Both the position numbers and the translations under genes were made by a program. Positions 45,020-54,212 of a DNA stretch of 64,000 nt are shown piece by piece (within the stretch, counting starts at the first letter, position 1; every line of letters begins with the position of its first letter). This DNA comes from Thermoanaerobaculia bacterium. Its GTDB lineage: Bacteria; Acidobacteriota; Thermoanaerobaculia; UBA5066. Location: positions 1,120,001 to 1,184,000 of the forward strand of contig CAVRAY010000001.1 of the NCBI GenBank assembly GCA_963719225.1. Reading direction: 5' to 3'. Below the pieces are notes generated by a model. That model did no database searches, was not told where the DNA came from, and saw only the letters and a list, made by a program, of their open reading frames with translations.

Positions 45020-46044
45020 TCGGGACCCGGCACGGCGGCTGTTCCGTCTGTGGCGGCTTCCACCGCCGCGGCGATCTCCGGAACGAGCGCCGCCTTCGCC
45101 GAGGCGAGCGTGCCGGCCACGCGGCAGCCCGAGGCGTTGCGGTGGCCGCCGCCGGCGTGGCGCGCCGCGACGCTCCGGATGTCCACGACGCCCTTGCTGC
45201 GCAGCGAGCAGCGGATCTCCCCGTTCTCGCCTTCCCTCAGGAGCACGGCGGCGCGGACGCCTTCGATGCCGCGCGCGCGGTTCACGAGCCCTTCCGTGTC
45301 CGAATCCTTCGCGCCGCTCTCCTCGAAGAAGCGGCGGGGGAGCTCGACCGTCGCGACGCTTCCGCCCGCGTGGAGCTCGAGCGTCCCGAGAACGAGCGCC
45401 TCGAGCTTCAGCGTCGAGAGCGGAGCCGCCTCGAAGAGAAACTCGTTCACCGGACCGGGCTCGGCCCCTTCGGCCACGAGCCTCGCCCCGAGCGCGAGCG
45501 CCTTCGGCGTCGTATTCGAGTAGCGGAACGAGCCGGTGTCGGAGACGAGAGACACCCAGAGGTTCGTCGCGATGTCCTTCGAGAGCGGCCAGCCGAGGAG
45601 GTCGAGGAGGTCGGCGACGATCTCGCCCACGGCCGCGGCCGGAAGGTCCACGAGGTTGAGGGCGCCGTAGCGCGAGTTGCCGGGATGGTGATCGACGTTC
45701 ACGACTCTGCCTGCAAGGAGGTTCGGCCAGCCGGCGCGGTCCGCCTCGGGGCACTCCATCGTGAGGAGCGCGTCCCAGCCCGCGGGCCAGTCGCCGGGCA
45801 ATGCGTCCGCCACGAGGACGCGGGAGATCCCGGGCATCTTCGAATAGGCGGAAGACCACCCGTCGCGCATGACGACGTGCGCCTCCTTCCCCGCGGCCTC
45901 GAGAGCGAGCGCGAGGCCGAGCGCCGAGCCGAGGGCGTCGCCGTCCGGGTTGCGGTGGCCGGTGAGGAGGAAGCGTTTCCCCGACGCGAGGAGCTTTGCG
46001 ACGTCCGCGTAGGCGGCGTCGACCTCGGCGTCCCGCGCCGTCAT
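45016..46044 (-). CDS. nrnA: DHH-family bifunctional oligoribonuclease/PAP phosphatase
   Basis: H.NPDGDALGS, DHH, SDTGSF, GGGH. Confidence 0.93.
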   Translation of the reverse strand: MTARDAEVDAAYADVAKLLASGKRFLLTGHRNPDGDALGSALGLALALEAAGKEAHVVMRDGWSSAYSKMPGISRVLVADALPGDWPAGWDALLTMECPEADRAGWPNLLAGRVVNVDHHPGNSRYGALNLVDLPAAAVGEIVADLLDLLGWPLSKDIATNLWVSLVSDTGSFRYSNTTPKALALGARLVAEGAEPGPVNEFLFEAAPLSTLKLEALVLGTLELHAGGSVATVELPRRFFEESGAKDSDTEGLVNRARGIEGVRAAVLLREGENGEIRCSLRSKGVVDIRSVAARHAGGGHRNASGCRVAGTLASAKAALVPEIAAAVEAATDGTAAVPGPE

Positions 46045-46433
46045 GAGGCGTCCGACTCGTCCGGGCCCTTCGGGATCGAGCGGAGCAGCTCCTCGATGCG
46101 CGCGCCGCGCTCGAGCGTGTGGTCCTCCGCGAAATGGAGCTCGGGCGCGTAGCGCAGGCCGCAGTTCTTCCCGACGAGCGAGCGCAGCCGTCCGCGCGCG
46201 TGGTTCAGGGCGGCCACCGTCTTTTGGAACTGCTCTTTCGGGCCGAAGACCGACACGAAGACCCGCGCCGAGCGCAGGTCGTCGGCCATGACGACGTCCG
46301 TGATCGTCGCGAAGCCGATCGCCGGGTCTCGCAGGTCCTCTCTCAGGAGGCGCGCCAGCTCCGCGCGCACCACGTCCCCGACCTGCCTCGGGCGCCTGCC
46401 CGGCGCCACCGCGGAGCGTCTCTGAGTAGCCAT
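46041..46433 (-). CDS. rbfA: Ribosome-binding factor A
   Basis: DP.IG..TIT.V....DLR.ARVFVS, LRY.PEL.F..D. Confidence 0.95.
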   Translation of the reverse strand: MATQRRSAVAPGRRPRQVGDVVRAELARLLREDLRDPAIGFATITDVVMADDLRSARVFVSVFGPKEQFQKTVAALNHARGRLRSLVGKNCGLRYAPELHFAEDHTLERGARIEELLRSIPKGPDESDAS

Positions 46434-46446
46434 GTCGTTACCTCTT

Positions 46447-46791
46447 TCAGCCGATCGTTCCGGCTCCGAAGGAGCTTCCCGGCGCACCGACGTCCCCGAA
46501 TCCCACGAGCTCGTGCCTTTCGCTCGCGATCTCGGCCCCGTTCTCGTCCGCGTAGGCCTCGATGAAATTGCGGATTTTCTGCAGCAGCGGCTCGAGGGCT
46601 TCCGGGTCGGCCCCGACCGCGGCGATTCCCAGAGTCGCGCGCTGCAGGAGGTCCTGGTGCGCGACCTCGGCCGCCGAGATCTCGAAGTCGCCCCGAAGGC
46701 GGGCTTTCAGCGGCCTGAGGAAAGAGCGTTTCTCCTTCAGCCCCCGGCATCCGGGAAGATGAAACTCGAAAACCGTGAGGGCGACGACCAC
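46447..46791 (-). CDS. ylxP: DUF503 (YlxP) family protein
   Basis: LKEKRS, F.IS.AEV..QD..QRA.LG; conserved position after infB. Confidence 0.88.
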   Translation of the reverse strand: MVVALTVFEFHLPGCRGLKEKRSFLRPLKARLRGDFEISAAEVAHQDLLQRATLGIAAVGADPEALEPLLQKIRNFIEAYADENGAEIASERHELVGFGDVGAPGSSFGAGTIG

Positions 46792-46798
46792 CCAAGCC

Positions 46799-49700
46799 TC
46801 AGGTCAAAGACCCCGCGAGCTCCTCGACGACGAACGCCTCGATGACGTCTCCGACCTTCACGTCCTGATAGCCCGCGATGCCGATGCCGCACTCGAAGCC
46901 CTGCTTCACCTCGGACGCGTCGTCCTTGAAGCGGCGAAGAGAACCCACCTTGCCTTCGTAGATCACGCGGCTGTCGCGAATCAGGCGGACCGAAGCCGAA
47001 CGCGGGATGACGCCGTCCGTGACCATGCAGCCTCCGATCGTCCCGATCTTCGGCACCTTGAACAGCTCGCGCACCTCGGCGTGTCCGCGCGTGACTTCCT
47101 TCTTGACGGTGTCGAGAAGGCCCGTCATGGCCTTCTTGATCTCGTCCGTGAGCGTGTAGATGACTGAATAGAGGCGGATGTCGATGCCTTCGTGGTCGGC
47201 GAGCTCCTGTGCCTTCTTCTCGGGCTTCACGTTGAACCCGATGATGATGGCCTCGGAGGCCGAGGCCAGAAGCACGTCGTTCACCGAGATCGCGCCGACC
47301 CCGGAGTGCAGGACGCTGACCTTCACCTTTTCGGTGGAGAGCTTGCCGAGGGACTGGACGAGCACCTCTTCCGAGCCGTGGACGTCGGCCTTCACGATGA
47401 GGGCGAGATCCTTCATCTCGCCTTCCTTCATCCGGTTGAAGAGCGAGTCCAGCGACATGCGGGAGGATTTCGTGAGCGATTCCTCGCGCTCCTTGAGCGA
47501 CCGGAACTGGGAGACCTGGCGCGCCTTGCCTTCGTCCTCGACGACCTGGAGCGTGTCGCCGGCGTTCGGGATGTCCTCGAAGCCCATGACCTCGACCGGA
47601 GTCGCCGGAGCAGCCGCGGTGACGCGGGCGGCGTGGTCGTCGAGCATCGCGCGCACGCGGCCGACGGCCGTCCCCGCGAAGAAGACGTCGCCGACGTGAA
47701 GGGTGCCCTGCTGCACGAGCACCGTCGCGAGCGTGCCCTTGCCCGCCTCGCGGCGCGCCTCGAGGACGACGCCCCGCGCGGGGCCCGTCGCGACGGCCTT
47801 GAGTTCGAGGAGGTCGGCCTGGAGCAGGATCATCTCGAGGAGCTGGTCGATTCCGATCTTCTTCTTCGCGGAGATCTCGCAGGCGACGACGTCGCCGCCG
47901 AACTCCTCGACGAGGACGCCCTTCTCGGCGAGCTCCTGCTTGACGCGCTGCGCGTTCGCCTCGGGCTTGTCGATCTTGTTGATCGCCACGACGATCGGCA
48001 CCTTCGCGGCGCGCGCGTGGTCGATCGCCTCCTGCGTCTGCGGCATGACGCCGTCGTCCGCCGCAACGACGAGGACGACGATGTCCGTCGCCTTGGCGCC
48101 GCGCGAGCGCATCAAAGTGAAGGCCTCGTGCCCCGGCGTGTCGAGGAAGACGATGGGCTTGCCCTTCGCGACGACGCGGTACGCGCCGATGTGCTGCGTG
48201 ATGCCGCCGGCTTCGCCCTCGGCGACGTGCTCCTTGCGGATCGCGTCGAGGAGAGACGTCTTGCCGTGGTCGACGTGTCCCATGACGGTCACGACGGGCG
48301 CGCGCGGGATGCGCTCGCCGACGACGGGCATCTCCGCCGACTTGGGCCGCGTCGACTCGGCGGCCGCCTGGTCGTTCGCGGTCTGCTGGCGCGAGAGCTC
48401 GAGCTCTTCCTCGAAAGAGACGACCGCCGCCTCGACGCCGAACTCGCGGGCGATCTCCACGGCCACCTTCGGGTCGAGCGGCTGGTTGATCGTCGCGAAA
48501 ACGCCGCGCGACAGGAACGACTTCATGAGGTCCTTCGCCAGGATCCCGAGCTTCTCGGAAAGCTCCTTGATGGTGACGCCTTCCGAAAGGAAGACGGGAC
48601 CTTCGGCCTTCTTCTTGACCTCGACGACTTCGCCGCTCTCGGTGGCCATCGTCTTCTTGCCGGCGCGGCGCTGCGCCGACTTGGACAGGGGCTTGGCCGC
48701 GAGAGCTTCGTCCGTCCCTTCCGCCGAGGGCGTCGGGATGTCCTCGTAGGTGTCCTGCTTGTACGTGCCGAGGTATTCGCGCACGTCCTCCTCGAGCGCG
48801 GAGACCTCCTTCGTGCGCGGCTTCTTCGACGCCGTCTTCTTCGCGTCGTCCTTCTTGACGCCGAGGCCCGGCTTCGTGGCGTCCTTCTTCCGGCGCTCTG
48901 CGGTATCGGGAAGAACGGCGGGCACCACGCCGCCCAGCGGCGGCCGTCCGAAGGAGGGACGAGGTCCGAACCCGGGGCCCGAGGGACCGCCGGGGCGCGG
49001 CGAGAAGCCGGGCCGCGGCGCGAAGCCCGGGCGCGGGGGCATGCCGGGGCGTGGCGAGAAGCCGGGTCGCGGGAAGCCCGTCCCCGCGGGCATCGCCGGC
49101 TGGCCGACGCGGGCGGGACGGACGGTGGGGACCGGCGGCGCCGCGATGACCGCACGGCCGAGCCCGCCGGCGCCGCGGAGAGGCGGGGCGGATGTCGCGC
49201 CGGCCTGCGGGGGAGGGGAAGAGCTCCTCACGTGCGTGACGCCCGGCGAATGCGGTCCGGCGCTCGCGCCGTGGGACATCATCGCGTCGGGACGTGGAGC
49301 GGACGCGGGGGGAGGAGGCGCGGAGACACCAGGCGGGAGATCGCCCGAGCGTTTCATGATGCGGCCGAGCGCACCTCCCGGAGCCGCGGGCGCCGGAGCT
49401 TTCGGCGCGACGGCAGGAGGACCGACGCGGACGGGCGTCGCCGGGACGGCGCGTCGGACGGCCGGCGCCGGAGCGTCGGCGGGCCGCGCCGGACGCGCAG
49501 CCGGAGTCGCGGCCTGAGCAGGCGGAGGCTGAGGCGGCGTGAAGGGCGTGAATGCGACGGGAGGCGCGGCCGGAAGAGGAGCCGGGGGCGCGGAGGACGC
49601 GGGCTCTTCGGCCGCTTCTGACGCGGACGCGGGCGGCGGCACTTCATCTTTCGACGGAGCGGCCGGCGCCTCGGATGCGGCGGAAGCCGCGGCGGCCTCG

Positions 49701-50047
49701 GGCTCGAGAGCCGTTACGGTCTCGCCCGCCTCGCCCTCTTCGGCCTCGAGCGAGCGCTCGACGATCTTGATGCGCTTCAGGGCGGCGCGCTCGGTGCGAG
49801 CCTTCGCCGCCGAAGCGCTCGCGGCCGCGGCAGCCGCGGCGGCCGACGGAGCCTGCCTCACGATGAGCGACTTGGGCGCCTGGGTCTTGCCCATGAGAAG
49901 GGCCTGGGCCGTGGCAGGGTCGAGGACGGACTCGGCCGTCTTGACGTCGACGCCGATGCCCTGGAGGAGAAAGAGGACTTCCTTCGCGGGCTTGCCCATC
50001 ATCTTGGCGAGCTGGGCGACGGTGAATTTGGCGGCTGTCGTCTTCAA
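46799..50047 (-). CDS. infB: Translation initiation factor IF-2
   Basis: GHVDHGKTSLLD, DTPGHEAF, NKID; TTG start overlapping nusA TGA. Confidence 0.97.
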   Translation of the reverse strand: MKTTAAKFTVAQLAKMMGKPAKEVLFLLQGIGVDVKTAESVLDPATAQALLMGKTQAPKSLIVRQAPSAAAAAAAASASAAKARTERAALKRIKIVERSLEAEEGEAGETVTALEPEAAAASAASEAPAAPSKDEVPPPASASEAAEEPASSAPPAPLPAAPPVAFTPFTPPQPPPAQAATPAARPARPADAPAPAVRRAVPATPVRVGPPAVAPKAPAPAAPGGALGRIMKRSGDLPPGVSAPPPPASAPRPDAMMSHGASAGPHSPGVTHVRSSSPPPQAGATSAPPLRGAGGLGRAVIAAPPVPTVRPARVGQPAMPAGTGFPRPGFSPRPGMPPRPGFAPRPGFSPRPGGPSGPGFGPRPSFGRPPLGGVVPAVLPDTAERRKKDATKPGLGVKKDDAKKTASKKPRTKEVSALEEDVREYLGTYKQDTYEDIPTPSAEGTDEALAAKPLSKSAQRRAGKKTMATESGEVVEVKKKAEGPVFLSEGVTIKELSEKLGILAKDLMKSFLSRGVFATINQPLDPKVAVEIAREFGVEAAVVSFEEELELSRQQTANDQAAAESTRPKSAEMPVVGERIPRAPVVTVMGHVDHGKTSLLDAIRKEHVAEGEAGGITQHIGAYRVVAKGKPIVFLDTPGHEAFTLMRSRGAKATDIVVLVVAADDGVMPQTQEAIDHARAAKVPIVVAINKIDKPEANAQRVKQELAEKGVLVEEFGGDVVACEISAKKKIGIDQLLEMILLQADLLELKAVATGPARGVVLEARREAGKGTLATVLVQQGTLHVGDVFFAGTAVGRVRAMLDDHAARVTAAAPATPVEVMGFEDIPNAGDTLQVVEDEGKARQVSQFRSLKEREESLTKSSRMSLDSLFNRMKEGEMKDLALIVKADVHGSEEVLVQSLGKLSTEKVKVSVLHSGVGAISVNDVLLASASEAIIIGFNVKPEKKAQELADHEGIDIRLYSVIYTLTDEIKKAMTGLLDTVKKEVTRGHAEVRELFKVPKIGTIGGCMVTDGVIPRSASVRLIRDSRVIYEGKVGSLRRFKDDASEVKQGFECGIGIAGYQDVKVGDVIEAFVVEELAGSLT
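48990..49079 (-). repeat. Degenerate 18-nt coding tandem repeat (PRPG-F/M-x, five units) in the IF2 linker
   Basis: GFPRPGFSPRPGMPPRPGFAPRPGFSPRPG. Confidence 0.75.
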
Positions 50048-51819
50048 GTCTGCGGGTCTCCCTCGGGGCCCTTCTCGCCCTCGGTCTCGGCCACTTCCTG
50101 GAACTCGAGGCCTTCGTCGTCGGCCTCCTCTTCTTCGGGCGCCTCTTCGAAGGCATGGGCCGCCTCGAGGGCGGCCTCGCGCGCGGGTTTGTCGAGCGCG
50201 ACCGCGGAGAGCGGATCTTCGCCTTCCTTGCCCTCGTCGGCGCTCTCGGCGTCGAGGAGATCGCCGACCGTCGCGAAGCCCGCGGCCGTGAGGGCGGCGG
50301 TCGCCGCCTCGTCGAAGCCCGGGACGTCGGCGAGCGCCGTTCCGCGCCGCTGCGAGACGAGGAGCATCCGCTGGAGGGCCTGGGCGACCTCGGCCTTGAC
50401 GGCCTGCTCGCTCTTGATCTCGATGCGGGCGCCGATCAGGGCCGCGGCGAGGCGCACGTTCTGTCCGCGCTTCCCGATCGCGAGCGAGAGCTGGTCCTCC
50501 TCGACGATGCACTCGAGCGTCGGGACGGACTCCGCGCTCTCGCCGTCGGGGCCGGTCTCCGTCGCGTTCTCATCGTCGGCTGGCATCGCCGAGACCCGGG
50601 TGATCTTCGCCGGAGAGAGCGCGTTCTGCGCGTACGTGATGAGGTCGTCGGAGAACTGGATGATGTCGATGCGCTCGCCGCGAAGCTCGCGCATGATGGC
50701 CTGCACGCGCGAGCCGCGCATGCCCACGCACGCCCCGACCGGGTCCACGTCGCGCTCTCGGGATGAGACGGCGACCTTCGCGCGGTCGCCGGGCTGCCTC
50801 ACGCAGCCGCGGATGACGACCGTGCCGTCGTAGATCTCGGGCACCTCCATCTCCATGAGGCGCATGAGGAGCTCTGGCGCGGTGCGCGAGAGGATGATCT
50901 GCGAGCCCTTCGGGTTCTTGTGGACGTCCGCGAGGACGCCGCGCACGCGCTCGCCCTGCGTGTAGCGCTCCGCGCGCGACTGGTGCTCGCGCGGGATCGC
51001 CGCTTCGGTGCGTCCGAGGTCGACGATCATGTCGCCGCGCTCGAACCGCTTGACGGTGCCGGTGATGAGCTCGCCGAGCTTCGGGTAGTACTCGTTGTAG
51101 ATGTTGTCGCGCTCGGCTTCGCGGACCTTCTGATAGAGGACCTGCTTGGCGCTCTGCGCCGCGATGCGGCCGAGGCCCTCGGTCGAGCGATAAAGACGGA
51201 TCTCGTCGCCGATCTCCATCGCGGAAGGCTCGATGATCGATTCCTCGCCCTCGGATTCCTCGCCCTTCGGATTCCGCACCACTTGCCAGCTCTGCCCCGC
51301 GAGCTCGCCCTGAAGAAGCGCGCTCGCCTCTTCGGGGAGGACCTCGATGTACGGCAGCCGGATCTCCTTCTCGGGGTCGATGGGAGCGGCCGGAGTCGGG
51401 ACCGGCGCGACCGCCTGCCCGAGCGGCACGTCGTCCGGATCGACCGCCGACGCGGGCGCGGCCTCTTCGGGCTTGATCGTCTTTTCCGCCACGATCCGAT
51501 AGGGAGTCCATGCCGTCAGCGTCCCCGTCTTCGGATCGAAGCGGGCCGCCATTTCACGGACCTTGTAGACCTTGCGGGCGGCGGTCGCGATGGCTTCCTC
51601 GAGCGCGGCGACGAGCCGCTCGAAATCGATCTCCTTGTCGCGCGAGGCCGCGCGCAGGGCTTCGATGATCTCGTCGGCGCGCGTCGCGGGCGGAACCTGG
51701 GCCGCTTTCGACGCCTTCACCGCCCGGCCCTTGGCACCGGCGCGCGGGCTCTTGCCCGCTTTCTTCTCGGCTTTTTCCGGCGCCGCGCCGCTTTCCGTCG
51801 GGGGTTGAGTCGCACTCAT
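50044..51819 (-). CDS. nusA: Transcription termination/antitermination factor NusA
   Basis: GRIAAQSAKQV, S1 domain, DPVGACVGMRGSRV, AIGKRGQNVRLA. Confidence 0.96.
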   Translation of the reverse strand: MSATQPPTESGAAPEKAEKKAGKSPRAGAKGRAVKASKAAQVPPATRADEIIEALRAASRDKEIDFERLVAALEEAIATAARKVYKVREMAARFDPKTGTLTAWTPYRIVAEKTIKPEEAAPASAVDPDDVPLGQAVAPVPTPAAPIDPEKEIRLPYIEVLPEEASALLQGELAGQSWQVVRNPKGEESEGEESIIEPSAMEIGDEIRLYRSTEGLGRIAAQSAKQVLYQKVREAERDNIYNEYYPKLGELITGTVKRFERGDMIVDLGRTEAAIPREHQSRAERYTQGERVRGVLADVHKNPKGSQIILSRTAPELLMRLMEMEVPEIYDGTVVIRGCVRQPGDRAKVAVSSRERDVDPVGACVGMRGSRVQAIMRELRGERIDIIQFSDDLITYAQNALSPAKITRVSAMPADDENATETGPDGESAESVPTLECIVEEDQLSLAIGKRGQNVRLAAALIGARIEIKSEQAVKAEVAQALQRMLLVSQRRGTALADVPGFDEAATAALTAAGFATVGDLLDAESADEGKEGEDPLSAVALDKPAREAALEAAHAFEEAPEEEEADDEGLEFQEVAETEGEKGPEGDPQT

Positions 51820-51850
51820 CGTGTCGTGTTCTCCGTGGGCCGCAATCTGT

Positions 51851-52321
51851 TCAGAGCTCGGGGACGAGGCGCGCGAGCCGGACGTCGCCGAACCGCACAG
51901 TGTATCGTCGGTGCTGATCCTCATCAAGGACCGTGAGGGCGTCCCCCTGGACGTCCTCGAGGACGCCCCTGAGGCGCGCGGCGCCTTCCACCTTCGAGGC
52001 GAGCCGCACCATGACGCGTCGACCGCGGAAGCGCTCGCAGTCCTGGAGCGTCCACAGCGGCCGGTCGAGGCCGGGCGAGGAAACCTCGAGCGTGTATTTC
52101 GGGAGTTGTTCCTCGAGCGGGTCGAGGACCTCCGACGCCGCGCGCGACGCGGTCTCGCAGTCCTCCAGCGTCACGCCGGCGGGTTTGTCCACGATGAGCG
52201 TCAGCGTGGCGCGCGATCCCCTCTTCCATTCCGCGTGGCAAAGCTCCAGCCCGGCCGCGGCGATTCGCGCGCGCAGGAGATCGACCGTGTCCTCGTCGAA
52301 AGGGAGTCCCGCCTGTTTCAT
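51851..52321 (-). CDS. rimP: Ribosome maturation factor RimP
   Basis: DK..GVTLEDC..ASR, YTLEVSSPGLDRPL. Confidence 0.95.
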   Translation of the reverse strand: MKQAGLPFDEDTVDLLRARIAAAGLELCHAEWKRGSRATLTLIVDKPAGVTLEDCETASRAASEVLDPLEEQLPKYTLEVSSPGLDRPLWTLQDCERFRGRRVMVRLASKVEGAARLRGVLEDVQGDALTVLDEDQHRRYTVRFGDVRLARLVPEL

Positions 52322-52358
52322 GAAGCCGTTTCGTACCTCTTCCGGGCCTTTTTGGGGC

Positions 52359-52385
52359 AAAAAAAAGAGGGCGTGTGCCCCCTTT
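52359..52385 (-). terminator. rimP leader terminator/attenuator
   Basis: AAAGGGGGC-ACAC-GCCCTCTTT plus U-run between TATACT (52412-52417) and the rimP start. Confidence 0.75.
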
Positions 52386-52604
52386 CAAGACCCTTGAAAG
52401 ACCGCTGGCGAAGTATAGGCCGCGAGGCGTTCCGGGGCAAGGGTCGGCCGCCTGAAAGGCCCTGAAACCGCGTAACATCCGAGGCGGAACGAGCTGGCAC
52501 GGACTTCCCATGAAGGGAGGCCCGGCGCGCCAAGAATCGCCCTCCCGAGGAAACACATCAGCGATCTCATCGTCATCCCTCTGAACGACGAAGTTGTCGA
52601 GGGC

Positions 52605-53687
52605 ATGGAAACCGCCGAGGCCTGGCCTCCGCGGGACGGCCTGCCCCCCGGAGAGGATCCGTTCGACGAGAAAGCGATGCTCCCCGCTCCGGATTTCCTG
52701 CCGCCGGGCGCGGTCGTGCGGCAGGATTCGCGGCGCATCAACGTCGAGCGCGCGTTCGCGCTTTCGGTCATCCTTCACCTGCTCCTCGTCATCGCGCTCC
52801 TCACGGTGAAGCTTCCGTCGCGCACGGCCGCACAGGATGCGATGGATCCGCTCGGCATCCAGACCCTCATGAGCGCGCCCCCGCCCGATCCCGCGATCCC
52901 GATCCAGTTCTTCCCGTCGCCCGGCGAGCGCGCGAAGGAAGCGCCGAAGACCGGATTGCCCTCCGACGTCAACCGGCAGGCTCACGGCGGCGACCGGGCT
53001 CTGCCGGTGTTGCCGGTCCCGAAGGCGTATCCGCAGGCCGGCATTCGCGATCTCGAGGCCGGGAAGCAGGGCCCGAAGGTCGCGGCCGCGCCGGCGGCGC
53101 CGCCACCTCCGGGGAGCCCGGTGGGCGAGCACCGCAAGCTCACCGACCTCGCGTCCGGGGGGGCGCTGCACGACCCGCCGACGGCCGAGGAGCGCGAGCG
53201 GCAGCGGCAGCTGCGCGGGATTCCCGGCCCCGACCTCAATGCGATCACCGCCGAGGTGGCGCGCAAGGCCGCCCAGACCGGTGGCGGCGGAGAGGAGGGC
53301 GGCGGCTTCGAGCGCGAAGGGGGATTCGTCGACTCAGGTCCTCTTTCGTTCGACACGATCGGGTACGACTGGGGAGCGTACGCGGCCGAGATGATCCGGA
53401 AGATCAAGCGGAACTGGGATGTTCCGGCTCTCGCGCGCTACGGCATCAAGGGGCGGATCACGATCCGCTTCTTCATCCTGAAGGACGGGCGGGTTGAAGG
53501 CGAGCTCGTCCTCTCGGGCTCGGGGCATCCCCCGTTCGACAACGCCGCCTTCCAGGCCATCGCGCGCTCGAGCGCGTTTCGTCCGCTGCCCAGCGACCTC
53601 GGACACGACCGCGAGGGCGTGACGGTCACCTTCTTTTACAACATGCGGCCGGAAGACGAGTACGCCGGAAGGGGCCGGCCGCGATAG
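52605..53687 (+). CDS. TonB/TolA-family energy transducer with C-terminal TonB domain
   Basis: SVILH TM anchor, Pro-rich linker, Y...M.RKIKRNW, F.I.KDG, SG...FD.AA..AI, F.PLP. Confidence 0.85.
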   Translation: METAEAWPPRDGLPPGEDPFDEKAMLPAPDFLPPGAVVRQDSRRINVERAFALSVILHLLLVIALLTVKLPSRTAAQDAMDPLGIQTLMSAPPPDPAIPIQFFPSPGERAKEAPKTGLPSDVNRQAHGGDRALPVLPVPKAYPQAGIRDLEAGKQGPKVAAAPAAPPPPGSPVGEHRKLTDLASGGALHDPPTAEERERQRQLRGIPGPDLNAITAEVARKAAQTGGGGEEGGGFEREGGFVDSGPLSFDTIGYDWGAYAAEMIRKIKRNWDVPALARYGIKGRITIRFFILKDGRVEGELVLSGSGHPPFDNAAFQAIARSSAFRPLPSDLGHDREGVTVTFFYNMRPEDEYAGRGRPR

Positions 53688-53695
53688 GGAGCGAA

Positions 53696-54109
53696 ATGGC
53701 AGGCATCAACGACCCGGCCGAGATCGCGCGCGCCCTGAAAACCGCAAAGACGGTCGCCGTCGTGGGCTGCTCGCCCGACGAGACCCGGCCCTCGAACGCG
53801 ATCGCGAGCTATCTGTTGTCCGCGGGGTTCGAGGTGATCCCGGTGAACCCCGGCCATTCGGAGATTCTGGGTCGGGTGTGCTATCCGGACCTCGCTTCGA
53901 TTCCGAAGGACGTGAAGCTCGACATCGTGGACGTTTTCCGTCGCTCCGAGTTCGTGCCCGGGATCGCCGACGCCGCCCTCGAGCGCGGGGCGGGCTTCTT
54001 CTGGATGCAGGACGGCGTCGTCCATCCGGAGTCGGCCCGGCGACTCTCGGCCGCGGGCATCCCGGTCGCGATGGACCGCTGCATCTTCCGGGACCATTCC
54101 GCTCTTTGA
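53696..54109 (+). CDS. CoA-binding protein (YccU-like)
   Basis: VAVVGCS, VIPVNP, DIVDVFR, WMQ.G, MDRC. Confidence 0.92.
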   Translation: MAGINDPAEIARALKTAKTVAVVGCSPDETRPSNAIASYLLSAGFEVIPVNPGHSEILGRVCYPDLASIPKDVKLDIVDVFRRSEFVPGIADAALERGAGFFWMQDGVVHPESARRLSAAGIPVAMDRCIFRDHSAL

Positions 54110-54212
54110 GGATGTCGCTTTGACACGGGAAGTCCGGCACGATCTTTGCCCTTGACCTTAATCAGAGGCGGCAGAAGCCGTCCTCGACGAGGATCTATCA
54201 TCTATGGACGGT

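Noticed and set aside
52495-52510. TGGCAC sigma54-like site upstream of the TonB gene
   Set aside because: The -12 position reads TCCCA and lacks the invariant GC.
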